Shown here piece by piece: positions 27,401 to 39,540 of a stretch of 64,000 nucleotides of DNA; the first letter of the stretch is position 1; every line of letters starts with the position of its first letter. Location: assembly GCF_964204645.1 (NCBI RefSeq), contig NC_134027.1:17570560-17634559 (forward strand), written 5' to 3'. This DNA is from Tubulanus polymorphus (taxonomy: Eukaryota > Animalia > Nemertea). Both the position numbers and the translations under genes were made by a program. The notes below the pieces were generated by a model, which saw only the letters and a list, made by a program, of their open reading frames with translations, ran no database searches and was not told the origin of the DNA.

Positions 27401-29512
27401 CATTATAATATGGATAGGATTTGGTCAGGACTAGCCTAAAGTCTAATTCGGTCTATGTACTAATTCACTCGATAGGCCTATTTTTAAAACAATACAGTGA
27501 AATATTCACACGCAGAAAGGCTAATTGATTTGAGCCATGTGATTAAGTTTGGCCAGGCCTTCTCTGACCTGCTGACATTAATAGTCAAACCAAAACGTTC
27601 ATGTGGTCACGGCTTGTATTACCAGAAATCATTGTAGGCCTGTACATTTTGCTGTTCGTAGGTTTGGTATACCAATTTCTCCATTCTTGACTGATAAGTG
27701 TACGGTACAGCAATTATATATTATACAATTGTTCCAATGGGAATAGGGCCTATTGATTGGGCTTATTATTTCCTGCTTTAGAGTACTGAAATAAACCTAA
27801 TGTTCTTTCAAATATCCAACATCGGTGAAAGTTTGATTAATACTGTATACATGTACTGTAGGTTTTCATGTTGTATGAATATTTTGCAGTTCAAATGGTT
27901 ATGATGCTGATTCCAATGTCAAACGCATGAAGTTAGATGGTCAAGGACAGTCAACACCAAGATATCTCTCTTCGACCGATGTTGTACCATAGAAGATCTG
28001 ATTCTTTCAACTCAAGGAAAGTGATTCAACACGATCGACATAACACTGGAATAGGTTTGCAGTAACTAACGGTTCATTTCATTTAGTCCTATGTACTTTT
28101 TAGCCAATTTGGATTTGATTGTAATTGAAACTCTGGAACTGTTAACAAAAGACAAGTATGACAAGTTGAAAAAATACAAGTTATGCTTGATTCTCATGTT
28201 CAAATTTAATTCAAATTTATTTTATTACATCATATTTACAAAGCATATCATTGGTTCATACAGTAATAAAAATTAGGGCAGAACAAATATTATAACAGAA
28301 ACTCCAAAAAGGCAATGAATTTCTATAACTAAATGAACATTATTTTAAGCCCACTTGGGACTTTAGTCCCAGCGGGCTATTGCGTTCACTTTTCGTCCAT
28401 CGTCCGTCCGTCCGTAGACGGAAATCAGTTATTTTAGGAAGTTTTGAAGACGCTTCAATGTAATGTCTTGATATTTGGGTTTCAGATGTATCTACCCTAG
28501 ACACATCTTCAGCTCAAAAACTGGGCCTGTCAGAATCAAGATGACCGACTGGCAGCCATTGTTGTTCGCCAAAATCAACACTTTTTACACATTTTTGAAC
28601 TTTTTGAGGGAAATTTTGAAGATGCTTTGATCAATTACCTTTGTCTTTCGGATATGTGTGAATACCCCCTGGGCCCATCAGCATAACAAAAATTGGGATA
28701 CGGTCTCAAGATGGCCGTCCTATGACCTTTTTTAGTGCCCAAAAATGTCAATTTTGGCCCGAATTCTGAGTTTGCCATTTCTCATTGCAATTTGTGACGG
28801 GTTTTCTTTGAAAAGGGATGTTTTATACCTTTGATACCTGAATTGTTAGATTTTTGAGCATTTGGAACCACTTCCCAAGTGGGCATGGTGTCCCTGGACC
28901 CCTAGTTCTAATAAATCAGATCAAGAGTGACTCTCCCGTTTATTAGGAAACACACGCAACTAGTGGAATAGGTTTGATTTACACACATGTTGCGGGTATC
29001 AATTGTTTATCACTGTAGAATTTGTAATCCATAAAAGCCAAAATCAACATCAGCCGGAAACCCAGACCAAATCAATTCATAATTTATTGATTGAATCTAC
29101 ACTACAATATATGTATTTATTCAAATATTTCAATAAAAACATTAACTTCTTAAATCTATTCTAAATCATAATACGTTCTTATCTGTGAATTCACTCAATC
29201 TATCGGCTCAGCAGGTGCTTAAGATAAGTTCTTAATAGGACAGATCCATTTTTAAGGATGGTGATAATACAGTATCATGATGTTTGAATGCCAAAATAAA
29301 TGCCTGGTCAAATATATTAATATTTGTGATTGTACGTCCACGTATGTTCGGTTTCAAAGCTGAATCATATTTGACGTTTACACAGTGGTTGCATATTAGG
29401 TTCGAATCTGTCAATGCATTTTATTCTATGTATCGATATTTCAATTTACTACAATTCCCATCATTCTGAATGGCTTTACAGAAAACCCGTCATCGCTGCT
29501 TTGCAGCTATAT
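24362..29512 (+). mobile_element. HINE family B outer element with an inner family-B element at about 24417-26056
   Basis: Heads tagggttttctg...cagaaaaccct and agggtttctgctgccttcgcagaaaccct plus (att)n. 3' ends cagaaa(a)cccgt.atcgctgctttgcagctata at about 26056 and 29512. Absent from piggyBac copy 2 at the equivalent site. Confidence 0.7.
28344..28907 (+). mobile_element. HINE family A, short copy lacking the internal array
   Basis: Subterminal inverted pair gcccacttggg / cccaagtgggc, (cgtc)n, ends ctagtt. Confidence 0.75.
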
Positions 29513-31686
29513 TTTATGTCTAAATTGTTGGCCCAAAAGTTATCAACAACATGCTATATAAATTTTCTGTGTCAGATACCTTGGTAACTATCCTATGAAG
29601 TTTCAAATATAACCCTATAAACCCCTAAATTCCCTCCGGTAAAGCAGTGGAGACACTATGTGGTATTGAAAGGGTTAAATAAAATTGATATTTTTTGTCA
29701 TTATGTATGGATTTTCCCACGATCCAGAAAAGATGCTGTACAAAACAAAAAGTTTAGGAAAATTTCTTTCAGGTGCATTAAAACCAGAAAAAAAACAATT
29801 TGATGATGGAAAAGAATTTGATAATTCATTAGTTCATAGTCTCTTAGATAACCATAATATTAAATATTTTTCAACAAAATCTGATAAAAAAGCAGCAGAA
29901 CAAGAATGTGGAAATATTTCACAGCAAATAATACTTTTAAATGGATTGATATTTGACCATAATTAATAGAAGGATATAATAATACTTACCATTCATCTTA
30001 ATACTTACCATTCATCTTTTGGAGTGAAACCTATCGATGCTAGAAAACCTGAAAATGCTGAAATTGTTTGAAACAATTTATATGGTGCATTTCCTGTAAA
30101 TGATTTTGGTGAACCTAGATATAAAGTTGGTCAAATGTTAGAATTTCTAAGTATAAAAAGATATTTGATAAAGGATATGATCGTAATTTTACTAGAGAAA
30201 TATATGTAAGATAAAAAAAGTTATAACAACAAAACCATATGTCTATAGATTAATAGATTTAGATGGTGACGAAGTTGCTGGGTAATTTTATGAAGAAGAA
30301 TTAAGTTTAACTACAGAAAAACTAGAACAAGAATATACGATTGAAAAATTATTAAAAACAAAAACTGTTAAAGGGGTTGTGAAGAGTTGTGGGAAAAGTT
30401 GATGAATTATCCTAATACTATATTTTTGTGAACCGCTTCGATCGCTAAAAACATTTCAATTGGAATTTTTCTAATTCCACCCATCCAAACCCGAAATATC
30501 CCCTTAGCAATGGCCCTGGCAACAGAATGGGCTCTCTCGCTGATCGTGGGAGATGTCGTCACACCGTGATACACTCAAAACCGGAAGTAAATTTCTACTA
30601 CGTGACACACGCTTTCTGTCGCAATCCGCTGTATTTTCCCCGTGTTTTTTATCATGCCTCGTCGTTGTGTAGCAATATATTGCTCCCACGATGATGGAAG
30701 ACTTTTTAAATGGCCTAAAGATGAGATAACAGCCCGCAAATGGACAAAATTTGTTCAAGTTAAACGAAAAGACTTCAAGTTAGATCGGACTGTCTCCACA
30801 CTGTCGTTGTTGTGTTATAGACACTTTGAAGACGAATGCTTTTCAAATCTAACTCAACTTCACTTTGGATTTGCTAAAAAGTAAGTGTTTGTTGTTTTAT
30901 TGTTATTTTCATTCAATTCTATGCAATTTATTACCCTCAGGACAGTAGGCCTACTCCTACATTATCTGCTAATTTCCTAAGCAAAACAAACCGTCCCAGA
31001 TGTAGGCTATTGAAAATTTCACTTAACAACTGTTTTTCAGATTTCTGTTAAAACCCTCTTCTGTACCAACTATACATCTCACTGGTCCAGATTAATCAGG
31101 AGATAGCACCAGTATTTCAAATAATGAGGCATCAACCAGCACTTCAATGCCATCTTCTAAACGGGGCGCGTTCAGAAAGAGGGAAAACAAACATTTAATA
31201 GAAGATGCCATCACCATCAATGATTCCGATCAGCTCGACCTTTCTGGAATAGAGCCTATTGCTCCATCGGATACATTATCTGATAAATGTTATGTCATTT
31301 TTTTCCTGGAACTACATTGTGAAGGTTCTATTTCAGCCTATATGCGAAAACTGACTTTTTGTTTAAAAGAATATTCTTGCAGGCATAAAGACACTGAAAT
31401 GGAAGCCAAATTGTGAGAGGTGTGTAAAAAAAGCCACGTCAGATCCAAACATGTTGAGTGTTCCTTAGGCCCATCTTACAAAAAAAGGAAGGGTGGTAAT
31501 AACTCTGATATCGATCATTTCTCTGATTCTGAAGAAAGCGATTGTGAAATCAAAGATAGCGATTGTGAAATTGAAAATCCGGATGATATTGATTTTGGAG
31601 AACACGAAAGTTGTTTCAATGATGATTAAAATCTAAATTTCATTATTTGTTTGCACTCATTAAATTATGATTTTCATAAACATATG

Positions 31687-32466
31687 CAGTCAACCTCGGT
31701 TAATCCGTATTAGTACTTATTCCGTATAAATAAATTGGTCCCGTTTTTCAGTAACGTTATTCCCTTTAAAATTCTGTGTCTAATTCGTACTCCCTAATCT
31801 GTATTTTCACTTATTCCGTAGACAAATGCGCGGTCCCGTTGTCTAATTTATATGTAAATCCCTATGTGTAATCCGTATCAGCTGTCTCAGCTGTTGGGAA
31901 CATACACTTGAAGTGAAAAAAGTATAAACATCTGTAGTCTAATGAGGTTAATGTGGTCAGTAGGAAATATGCGAAACTAAGAAAACTCAAGTTAATCCAT
32001 CAATGTCATATTAGTATCAAGCTTCACAAAATATTCAGTACAGATGCTATTATTTGTCAATCAGCAAAAGACCTTTGATGAAGTGTCCTCTAGTACATGA
32101 CCTGTGGGTTATCTGTACTTTTAGACACACGATTGCTTCAAATAGTCCTATGAAACCAGTTGGTTTGTGTTTCATCACACCAGGGGTGTTTTCTTTTCAA
32201 GTATAAATGATATCCAACGGATCTAATGAACCATCGGACACTATAAACTTTTTATTTCCCCCAATGGATTGTTAGAATGTGGTTCTACTGTAGAAGTCGT
32301 CCACAGATTGAGAGATAACCAGCTATTATACGGATTGTGCACTTAAATCATAGTTTACACGGGTAATAGTTAATTCGTATCAATTACAAATTATCTGTTA
32401 TCCGTATATCACTTAATCCGTACTAAAAAGCTCAGTCCCTAGTGACGGAATAACCGAGGTTGACTG
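31687..32466. mobile_element. Tc1/mariner (pogo/Tigger-like) MITE in a transposase intron
   Basis: TIRs cagtcaacctcggttaatccgt / acggaataaccgaggttgactg, with TA on the right flank. Confidence 0.8.
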
Positions 32467-34134
32467 TATATTATAGTTCAGATGATGATCCCTTTCACAA
32501 GCGGAATAAATACATTGTTTTCGAGTCAGAATTGTTTAGCGCTTCATGAGGTTTGCACCTTTTGCCGGGGAACAAATCGCTGTTACAAGCAGGTAGGCTA
32601 CTGTACTGAATTATACTGAAAATTAATGCGCATACGTTTAATATTGACCTAAGCTCAAATAACAATATATGTAATTTTATATTTCATATCTCAGGTAAAA
32701 GGGACACTCATAACTGTCAGAACATGCAGTACGAGTGTTCGTCAAATTCCAATTCTGAATATATTACTCAGTGCAAGCATTCTGTTCTGTGGGGCATTGC
32801 CTTCAAAAATCTTTAGACTTTTTGGGTAAATATTTGAGAAAAGTGGAATTATCTAGTTCGATTCTACATTTAAAAAAAAATCTAAATCTAAATCTAAATC
32901 TTATTTTTAGTTTTCTTAACATCGTGTGCCAGACTTCGAGAACATTCTTTCACCAACAAGGCAAACATGGCATCATTCACGTGAAAAACTCCTTTCTTCA
33001 GTAAAACAAAAGGAGTTAATATTGGGAGGAGATGTACGATGCGATTCAATGAGTCATAGTGCTAGATTTGGCAGCTATAGCCTAATGGAACTGGAAATGA
33101 ATAAATTAATTTCAGTGCAGCTTGTTCAGGTGAATTACCGATCAATGTATGGTAACTCTTGATGTATAAAAATGCGTTCATTCAATATTGTCTATATAAT
33201 TACAGAGTAATGGAACTCAAAGCAGTTACCAAATGGAACTGGAAGGGCTGAAACGATGCCGTGAAGACCTAAAAGAATTTACTGTGAAAGCACTGATCAC
33301 TGACCGACATACCATAGTATTGTCAATCATTTTGCCCCGAAAATGTATAAATTTTCATACAGTGGTATTCAGAGCAGGTACAGTATTCATAATTTTCTAT
33401 ACTTTGACAGAGGAAAGTTCAGAAATTGAACCTCTTTTCTCTTTTTATTTCAGGATATTTCGAGCAGCACTGCACTATAATGAAAATGCTGGTCACTCAA
33501 AAGCTGTCACCCAGACAGGAAAAAATCAGTACAATATTGTGTTCCCCTAGTCCAAAAAGGGTGGTTACTCAATCAAGAAAGTACTGGTGGATTCAACTTA
33601 TCGTGAGTATAGTTATATTACCAACGTATGAATATTGTTGAACTTTCGTTAAATTATATTACTAATCACTAAACTTTAATTTTTAGATTTAACTAGAAAA
33701 TCTAAGGATAAGTATATTATGTTAACCCTTACAATACCACTACCATATGGCATACGGTACAAATTGGCAAGCATACCCATACCGTATGTGATACGGTATC
33801 ACTTAACCCTTCTTCTAGAAGGGCATATCTATCAGTTTCAGCAGGTGCTGGCATCTGCATAAAATCCAAGATGACAACAGCCAGGAAAAAATTTGGCTGG
33901 ATGAAACGGTTCAGCAGCTCGTATATGATGCTCATAGTGATGCTGGTGACTTGGAATTTGGTAGTGATCAAATTGAGAGTGACAACGAATATAACAGCAG
34001 CAGTTCAGATGATGAGACTTAGTCAGAAAATAGGTTTATAGTGCCGGCAATGATTTTGATGATGAAAATGAAATCAGTGACAATTTTTTTAGACCCTGTT
34101 GATACGGTTGTCATGGCACGGACACCAATCACAA

Positions 34135-36246
34135 ATATAGCTGCATAGCAGCGATAACGGGTTTCTGCCTAATTGGTTCATATGTTGAACTGGGAAGCGT
34201 ACGAAGATTTCATCGAAATAATTCTTGCCCATAACATATGACTATTGCTAAGAAGCGCAACCTGGGTCAACATTATGCTGGATATGTGGATATTAGGAGT
34301 CCATTTGTCAAAGCATCGAAGCAATACAGTCCAACTTGTTTATGTCTCAGATGGAGCGCACCGGGCAGGGCCGTCATTATATTGCTGACTTATCCAAATT
34401 ACACTTACTCAGCGCAACGTTTTTCAGTGTGTAAACTCTGTCGTACTCGGCGTTATAGGACAGTGAGGAATTGAATTTTAGCCACCTGAGCTCTTGGCTT
34501 AATTCGAGCAAAAGACGTTAAATGACTTCACAGAATTTGATTATGAGTCTAAGATTTTCTAAATTTTTGAAGAATGCTTTCTCTGGTTTTGAGATCAATT
34601 AAAATTCACTCCTGAATACATTAGTAAAAAATTAGTCATAGATTTTATTTTATTGAAAGAAATTCTACTGAACACAGATTTTGAAATGAATTATGTGTCG
34701 GTTGATCCAGACGAAATAATTACAGCTAAATCAATTGACGATCAACAAGGTGGAGTTTTCATTTATCTTCGGATAATTTGTCTACCCCTGATGATACAAG
34801 CATTTTGACGTCATCTTTTGAAACCTCAACGCTTTATCTGCGCGCATCAATTAGTCAGCCACAGTCGATTTTCATGCCATCTGACCTCTTTCCACCTGTA
34901 ATTAAGCAATCTAATGTAAGAATTACTCAGTTATGTAATATAATAGAGGAGTGAAAGAAAGAATAAATATTTAAATCGTGCGTTTGTCATGAAACATCTA
35001 TTACTACTGTCTCGCAGAGCATAGACACTGACCGTTAAGCCATGTAAAATTGGTATTTTAAGGGCTATTCGGTTTACTCCAAAACCAGTCTATGATAAAA
35101 TTTTAAAAGCTTCATATCAAGGGTATATCGTAGGACTCTTGATGCCCGTGAATTATCATCCCATAATAACAATGAATCCAATTCTGCATGTACACTAGCA
35201 CGACTGATTACCAATCCAAATATTTTAAACATGACATTAGAAAAAACAATTACACAAAACGTCAAGTACTTACAGCATTATTCCCACCAGCTGCAAGAAT
35301 CGGCAAAGGAATTGAAGACCGTAGTGACCAGTTCATTCCACGATTAATAGCTGGAAAGAAAGTAATCGAAATAAATAGTTGTATACATAAGTGTAAACCA
35401 GTCCCTTACTAACTACTAAGGCTTTCCAATGGCTCTACACACTTACATTAAGGGCCTAAATCTATTCTAGGCTTAGCCGAGTACTCATTTGCTATCATAT
35501 GTACTCATATCATAGCACCACTCAGTGGAAACCTTAACTGCAGTTAGACCAAGAAATCATGTCTAACATTCCCTGGTTAGTGGATTCTCACCTTAAATTG
35601 CATAAACTCTGCTGTCGTTGTCATTGATCTGAGTCGTCAAGTGAACGCGGAAGTAACATTCTATAGGAAAATCCCTACTATTCCTGTCCATATTACGTTG
35701 ATTTGAGCCAGAAATCTTCAGGAAATGTAGCCTACATAAATTGATAAACTAATAGAATTAATCAATTGACTCATTTTAGGGATCATTGTTCATTAAAATC
35801 CTAAAACTCGCCATAAATTTCCGATAAATTAAAGCTGAAAATGATTTAAACCATCCGCCATGTTGGCTGCATATTTTCCGCACTAATTGTAAGTCTGAAT
35901 TTGCGATTTACGGTTGAGTTTGACGCTCGAGGTCGTCCGGTAATTTGTAGGCTTTTCGGGATGTACTTTTATCAATGGATGACAATGCTTTGCGTTATTC
36001 TTGTCGCTGTTTAGACCCGGTAATTAACACAGGATTAATTCATAATAAATTACTATACGCAAATTCGAAATGGTCAGGCACTGAGTTATATTATCTGACA
36101 GAAATAAAAATTACGTTCATAAGCTGTTAGTGGTCGAATCTGAGAGGAGTTACATTTTATGAAAAAATCTTGGCTGGAAAGTGGAAAATTTATAATAATC
36201 AACAGAATTACAAGAGGGTTTCTGCAAAAACAGCAGAAACTCTAAT
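34135..36246 (-). mobile_element. HINE family B element; related copies at about 42172-43955 (minus), 45480-45815 and 46150-47555 (plus)
   Basis: Begins tatagctgcatagcagcgataacgggtttctgc and ends agagggtttctgc...cagaaactctaat. Absent from piggyBac copy 1 at the same site. Confidence 0.7.
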
Positions 36247-36467
36247 AATGAAGAACCAGAAACTGTCCATCCTCAAGGTCACATATCCAAATAATATGTC
36301 TTATTTGTAAGCCCAAAGGTTATCAACGCCATGGTATACAATGTATCAGTGTCAAATATATAGGTAACAATTTTCTGAGGCCTGAAATTATACCCCAATG
36401 AAACCCCTTACATCAGGCCTTCCAACATATCGGTGGAGAAGTTGGTAAATGAGTGGAAAAAATAAAT

Positions 36468-37726
36468 TTTTAGCCCACTTGGGACTTAAGTCCCAGCGGG
36501 CTATTGCGTTCACTTTTCGTCCGTCTGTCCGTCCGGGACGCGAAATCCAGTTATTTTGGGTAGTTTAAAGACGCTTGAAGGTAATGTCTTGATATTTGGT
36601 TTATACATGTATCTACCCTAGAGACATCTCAGCCCAAAACCTGGCCCTGTCAGATTCAAGATGGCCGACTGGCAGCCATTGTTGTTCGCCAATATCAGCA
36701 CTTTTTACACATTTTCAAAGTTTTCGAGGGGAATTTTGAAGATGCTTTGATCAATTACCTTGATCTTTTGTATATATTTGAATCCCCCAAGGGCCCATCA
36801 GCATAAGAGAAATTGGGTCGATCTGACTCAAGATGGTCCTATGACCTTTTTAGTGCCCAAAAATGTCAATTTTGGCCAGAATTCTAGGTCCTGTAGCTTC
36901 CTACTGGTTTTCCATTTCTCATTGCAATTTGTGATAGGTATTCTTTGGAAAGGGATGTTTTATACATGAGACAGGTATTTTTGATCAGCCAATTATGACG
37001 CAATTGGCGGCCATCTTGGTGTCATCAGTACACATTCGTAGGTGGGAAAAAGTTTTTCCATATTTAATTGATACTTAAGCATATTGTGTTACTATATTCA
37101 ATTGGAAAGTTGTAGCCCATAACGTGTTCTATGATTTTCAAGGTCATTGTGAGTTTCAAGGTCATTGATTTTTGTATGTGGCCACCAAGGGGCATTGAAT
37201 AATACAATAACTTTGTATTTCTATATCATATTTGTACCTATGCATATTTTGTAACCACAATCAATTGCAATGTTGTAGCTCATGACATCTTCCATGATTT
37301 TGGTGAGTTTTAAGGACATTAGTTGTTCTATATGGTCACCAGGGGGCTTTGAATAGTAGAATAACTTAGTATTTCCTTACTAGATTAGTACCTAGGCATA
37401 TTTTGTTACCATGATCGATTGCAAAGTTGTATTTCATGACATGTACTGCGATTGTGATGACTTTTAAGGTCATTGGGTTTTGCATATGGTCACCAGGGGG
37501 CGGTGAATAGTAGAATAACTCCATAATAAATTGGTAACGAGGCATATTTTGTTATTACAATCAACTGCAAAATCGTAGCTGCTGACATGTTCTATGATTT
37601 TGGTGGGTTTCAAGGTCATTGATTTTTGTATATAGTCACTAGGGGGTGTTATGTATTGAAATTGTTAGATTGTTGAGCATTTGAAACCACTTCCAAAGTG
37701 GGCATGGTGTCCCTGGATCCCTAGTT
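36468..37726 (+). mobile_element. HINE family A, complete copy with internal array
   Basis: Head tagcccacttgggacttaagtcccagcgggct, about four repeat units, 3' aagtgggcatggtgtccctggatccctagtt. Confidence 0.8.
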
Positions 37727-38682
37727 TAGTTGTTCTATTGCTTTGAAATTTTACTACATAAAGTAAGGATATATGGCATACAATTTCAGTTGGAATTGAT
37801 TAGATCAGTGCATTTTGCTGGGAGACAGAGCAGTTTATCTGAAACTTTTTCGTGAATTTTCTCATGGCGGCCATCTTGGAGTATGTGACCTTGACCTCAA
37901 GTTCACTTATATCCAAATTATTTATGTCTACATTGTTGGCCTAAAAGTTATCAACAACATGCTATATAAATTTTCTGTGTCAGATACCTTGGTAACTATT
38001 CTATGAAGTTTCAAATATACCCCTATAAACCCCTAAATTCCCTCCGGTACAGCAGCTGAGACACTATGTGGTATTGAAAGGGTTAAGCATAATTGTCCAA
38101 TTGGTGTATAAGGCTTTGCTCTTTCTGCGTGTTTATTTCATAGATGTTTGTAATCTGTTCTATCTTTCACCTGTCTGATACTATATTGTCACATAATCCT
38201 TTAGATGATATTTGGAAATTTTTCTTTATGTTCTCACCATCTTGTAACTCCTCAATATGCTTTGCTCAAAAAATATCCTGCTACACAGAAACAAAGCTCA
38301 TTGAAATTTCATTGAATACTTCAATATGTATATGATGTATTTCCAGGTTATGTGGATGATTGCTTCGAAAACCTAATTAAAGAAATAACATCTGGATCGG
38401 GAAGAGGCAATGAGTTAAGTTTAGAGCCACCTGCACTTACAAACTGCAGTGGATTTAGCGTTCTCACGGTTTTCTAAATAATGTAATCTTTGTTGTGTAT
38501 AATTGATTTCAGTAAGACCTTCAAATAAAAATGTACAAAGTACATGAATTGTTATTTTTCCATTCTTTCCATAACTCAACTTTACTCCTCTATCAGTGTC
38601 GCCCACATACACAAATTAACTCAAACTAAGAAAAATGGTTAATGTGTGTCAAGACATTTCTATTTGTATATTATACCTTCAA

Positions 38683-39540
38683 TTAGGGTAGATATTTTGC
38701 AGCCACTTTAAATCCTTTAAATTTAAAATCGTCCTCTAGACCAGGTGGAGGGAAATATGCCCTAATGCAGCACACCGCACATGATGGAATGACAACACGA
38801 TAGTCTTTACCCAAATAACCCCAACACCAGTGAACGAACTGACGATAAGCAGTGTGCTGGTACTTTTCATGTGGTGGTCCTTGAAAATGCATTTCCTCTA
38901 TATTACTGTTTGTATTTCGACCATGCCACTTGTAAGCCCCAAACATCCAAAGAGACGGCATTTATACCAGGATGGTCAGTAATACAAGTGGGAACTACTT
39001 GCCCTTCCAGCTCATGCCCTGCTTCTTCCAATTTTGAGGTCACCTGTGGTATGTCCTGACAGCACACAAACTCTCTTGCGGTTCCATGGTCTGGCAGTAT
39101 GAACAGGAACACCTACGTAAAAGTAAAAAGTGACAGGGTTTCTGAGTTTTTGAACATTTATTCAACTCTGAATTAATTTTTTTCTCAATTGCTGTTTATG
39201 AGTTAATGGTAAAAATTACTCTATTACAGAGTAATAGGCTACACACAATGATAATGAATGAACTGAAGTGTGTTATTGTTACATTATCGATGGACTATGC
39301 AAAATGTAGCCTACTATTAGTTTGTTTGTTTGTTTGTTTGTATTGATTCGTAGTCTACGCTAAAAGAGACTTGACTTCTGGTTATTATGACTCTAATAAT
39401 AGTGTGTGGGATGGAAACTCGGTTAAATATTTTTATTTGTCATATATATTTACGTTAATCTACCAGTCGTTTAAACGACTAACATCGAGTTTCCATGAAT
39501 CGTCCATTTGCCGGTCCGCATCCGCATCATCAACAACTTT
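38683..39540 (-). pseudogene. Cys-rich accessory gene resembling the P2X7 C-terminus (KolX-type)
   Basis: Spliced ...SRLNDW|CSCSYC, EFVCCQ, CITDHPG, AYRQFVHWCWGYLGKDYRVVIPSCAVCCIRAYFP...FKGF. Frameshifted and 5' truncated. Confidence 0.8.

Larger units (their letters stand above)
23675..29674 (+). mobile_element. piggyBac-type non-autonomous DNA transposon (copy 1) with nested HINEs
   Basis: TTAA-ccctttcaatcccac...gtggtattgaaaggg-TTAA. Retains an acidic transposase-like N-terminal remnant (VQQLVYDADSDAGDLEFGSEQIESDNEYDSSSSDD). Confidence 0.85.
21040..30371 (+). mobile_element. Decayed Polinton/Maverick-like remnant, interrupted at 23675-29674
   Basis: AT-rich and homologous to 56010-59148 (MGNIIGY gene at about 21135, membrane protein at about 21650-22190, capsid at about 22212-23300), followed by an integrase on the same strand. 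Confidence 0.9.
23327..30371 (+). pseudogene. Polinton integrase remnant split by an insertion (23327-23674 joined to 29679-30371)
   Basis: EQYLRNLCYNP, VSYVDQQRQGDLIDMK. Removing the insert and one TTAA restores WILNKIDIF. Then QFDDGKEF, STKSDKKA, and the chromodomain start EYTIEKLLKTKTV. Confidence 0.85.
33726..38082 (+). mobile_element. piggyBac-type non-autonomous element (copy 2) with different nested insertions
   Basis: TTAA-cccttacaataccac...gtggtattgaaaggg-TTAA; backbone collinear with copy 1. Confidence 0.85.
30654..38420 (+). pseudogene. THAP-domain DDE transposase (multi-exon, disrupted)
   Basis: Exon 30654-30880 MPRRCVAIYCS...FKWP...W...LCYRHFEDECF. Exon from 31041 LLKPSSVPTI. 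Later exons GGDVRCDSMSHSARFGSYSLME, MELEGLKRC...LITDRH, AALHYNEN, and YVDD at about 38348. Confidence 0.8.
30372..39540 (+). mobile_element. Kolobok-type DNA transposon, decayed, right end lost
   Basis: Starts AGGGG directly after TTAA. Carries a spliced THAP + DDE transposase on plus and a convergent Cys-rich gene on minus. No right TIR found. Confidence 0.75.

Noticed and set aside
38683-39112. Host P2X7 purinoceptor gene
   Set aside because: Only the Cys-rich C-terminal-like region is present, with no channel domain, and it lies convergent to a transposase inside a transposon.
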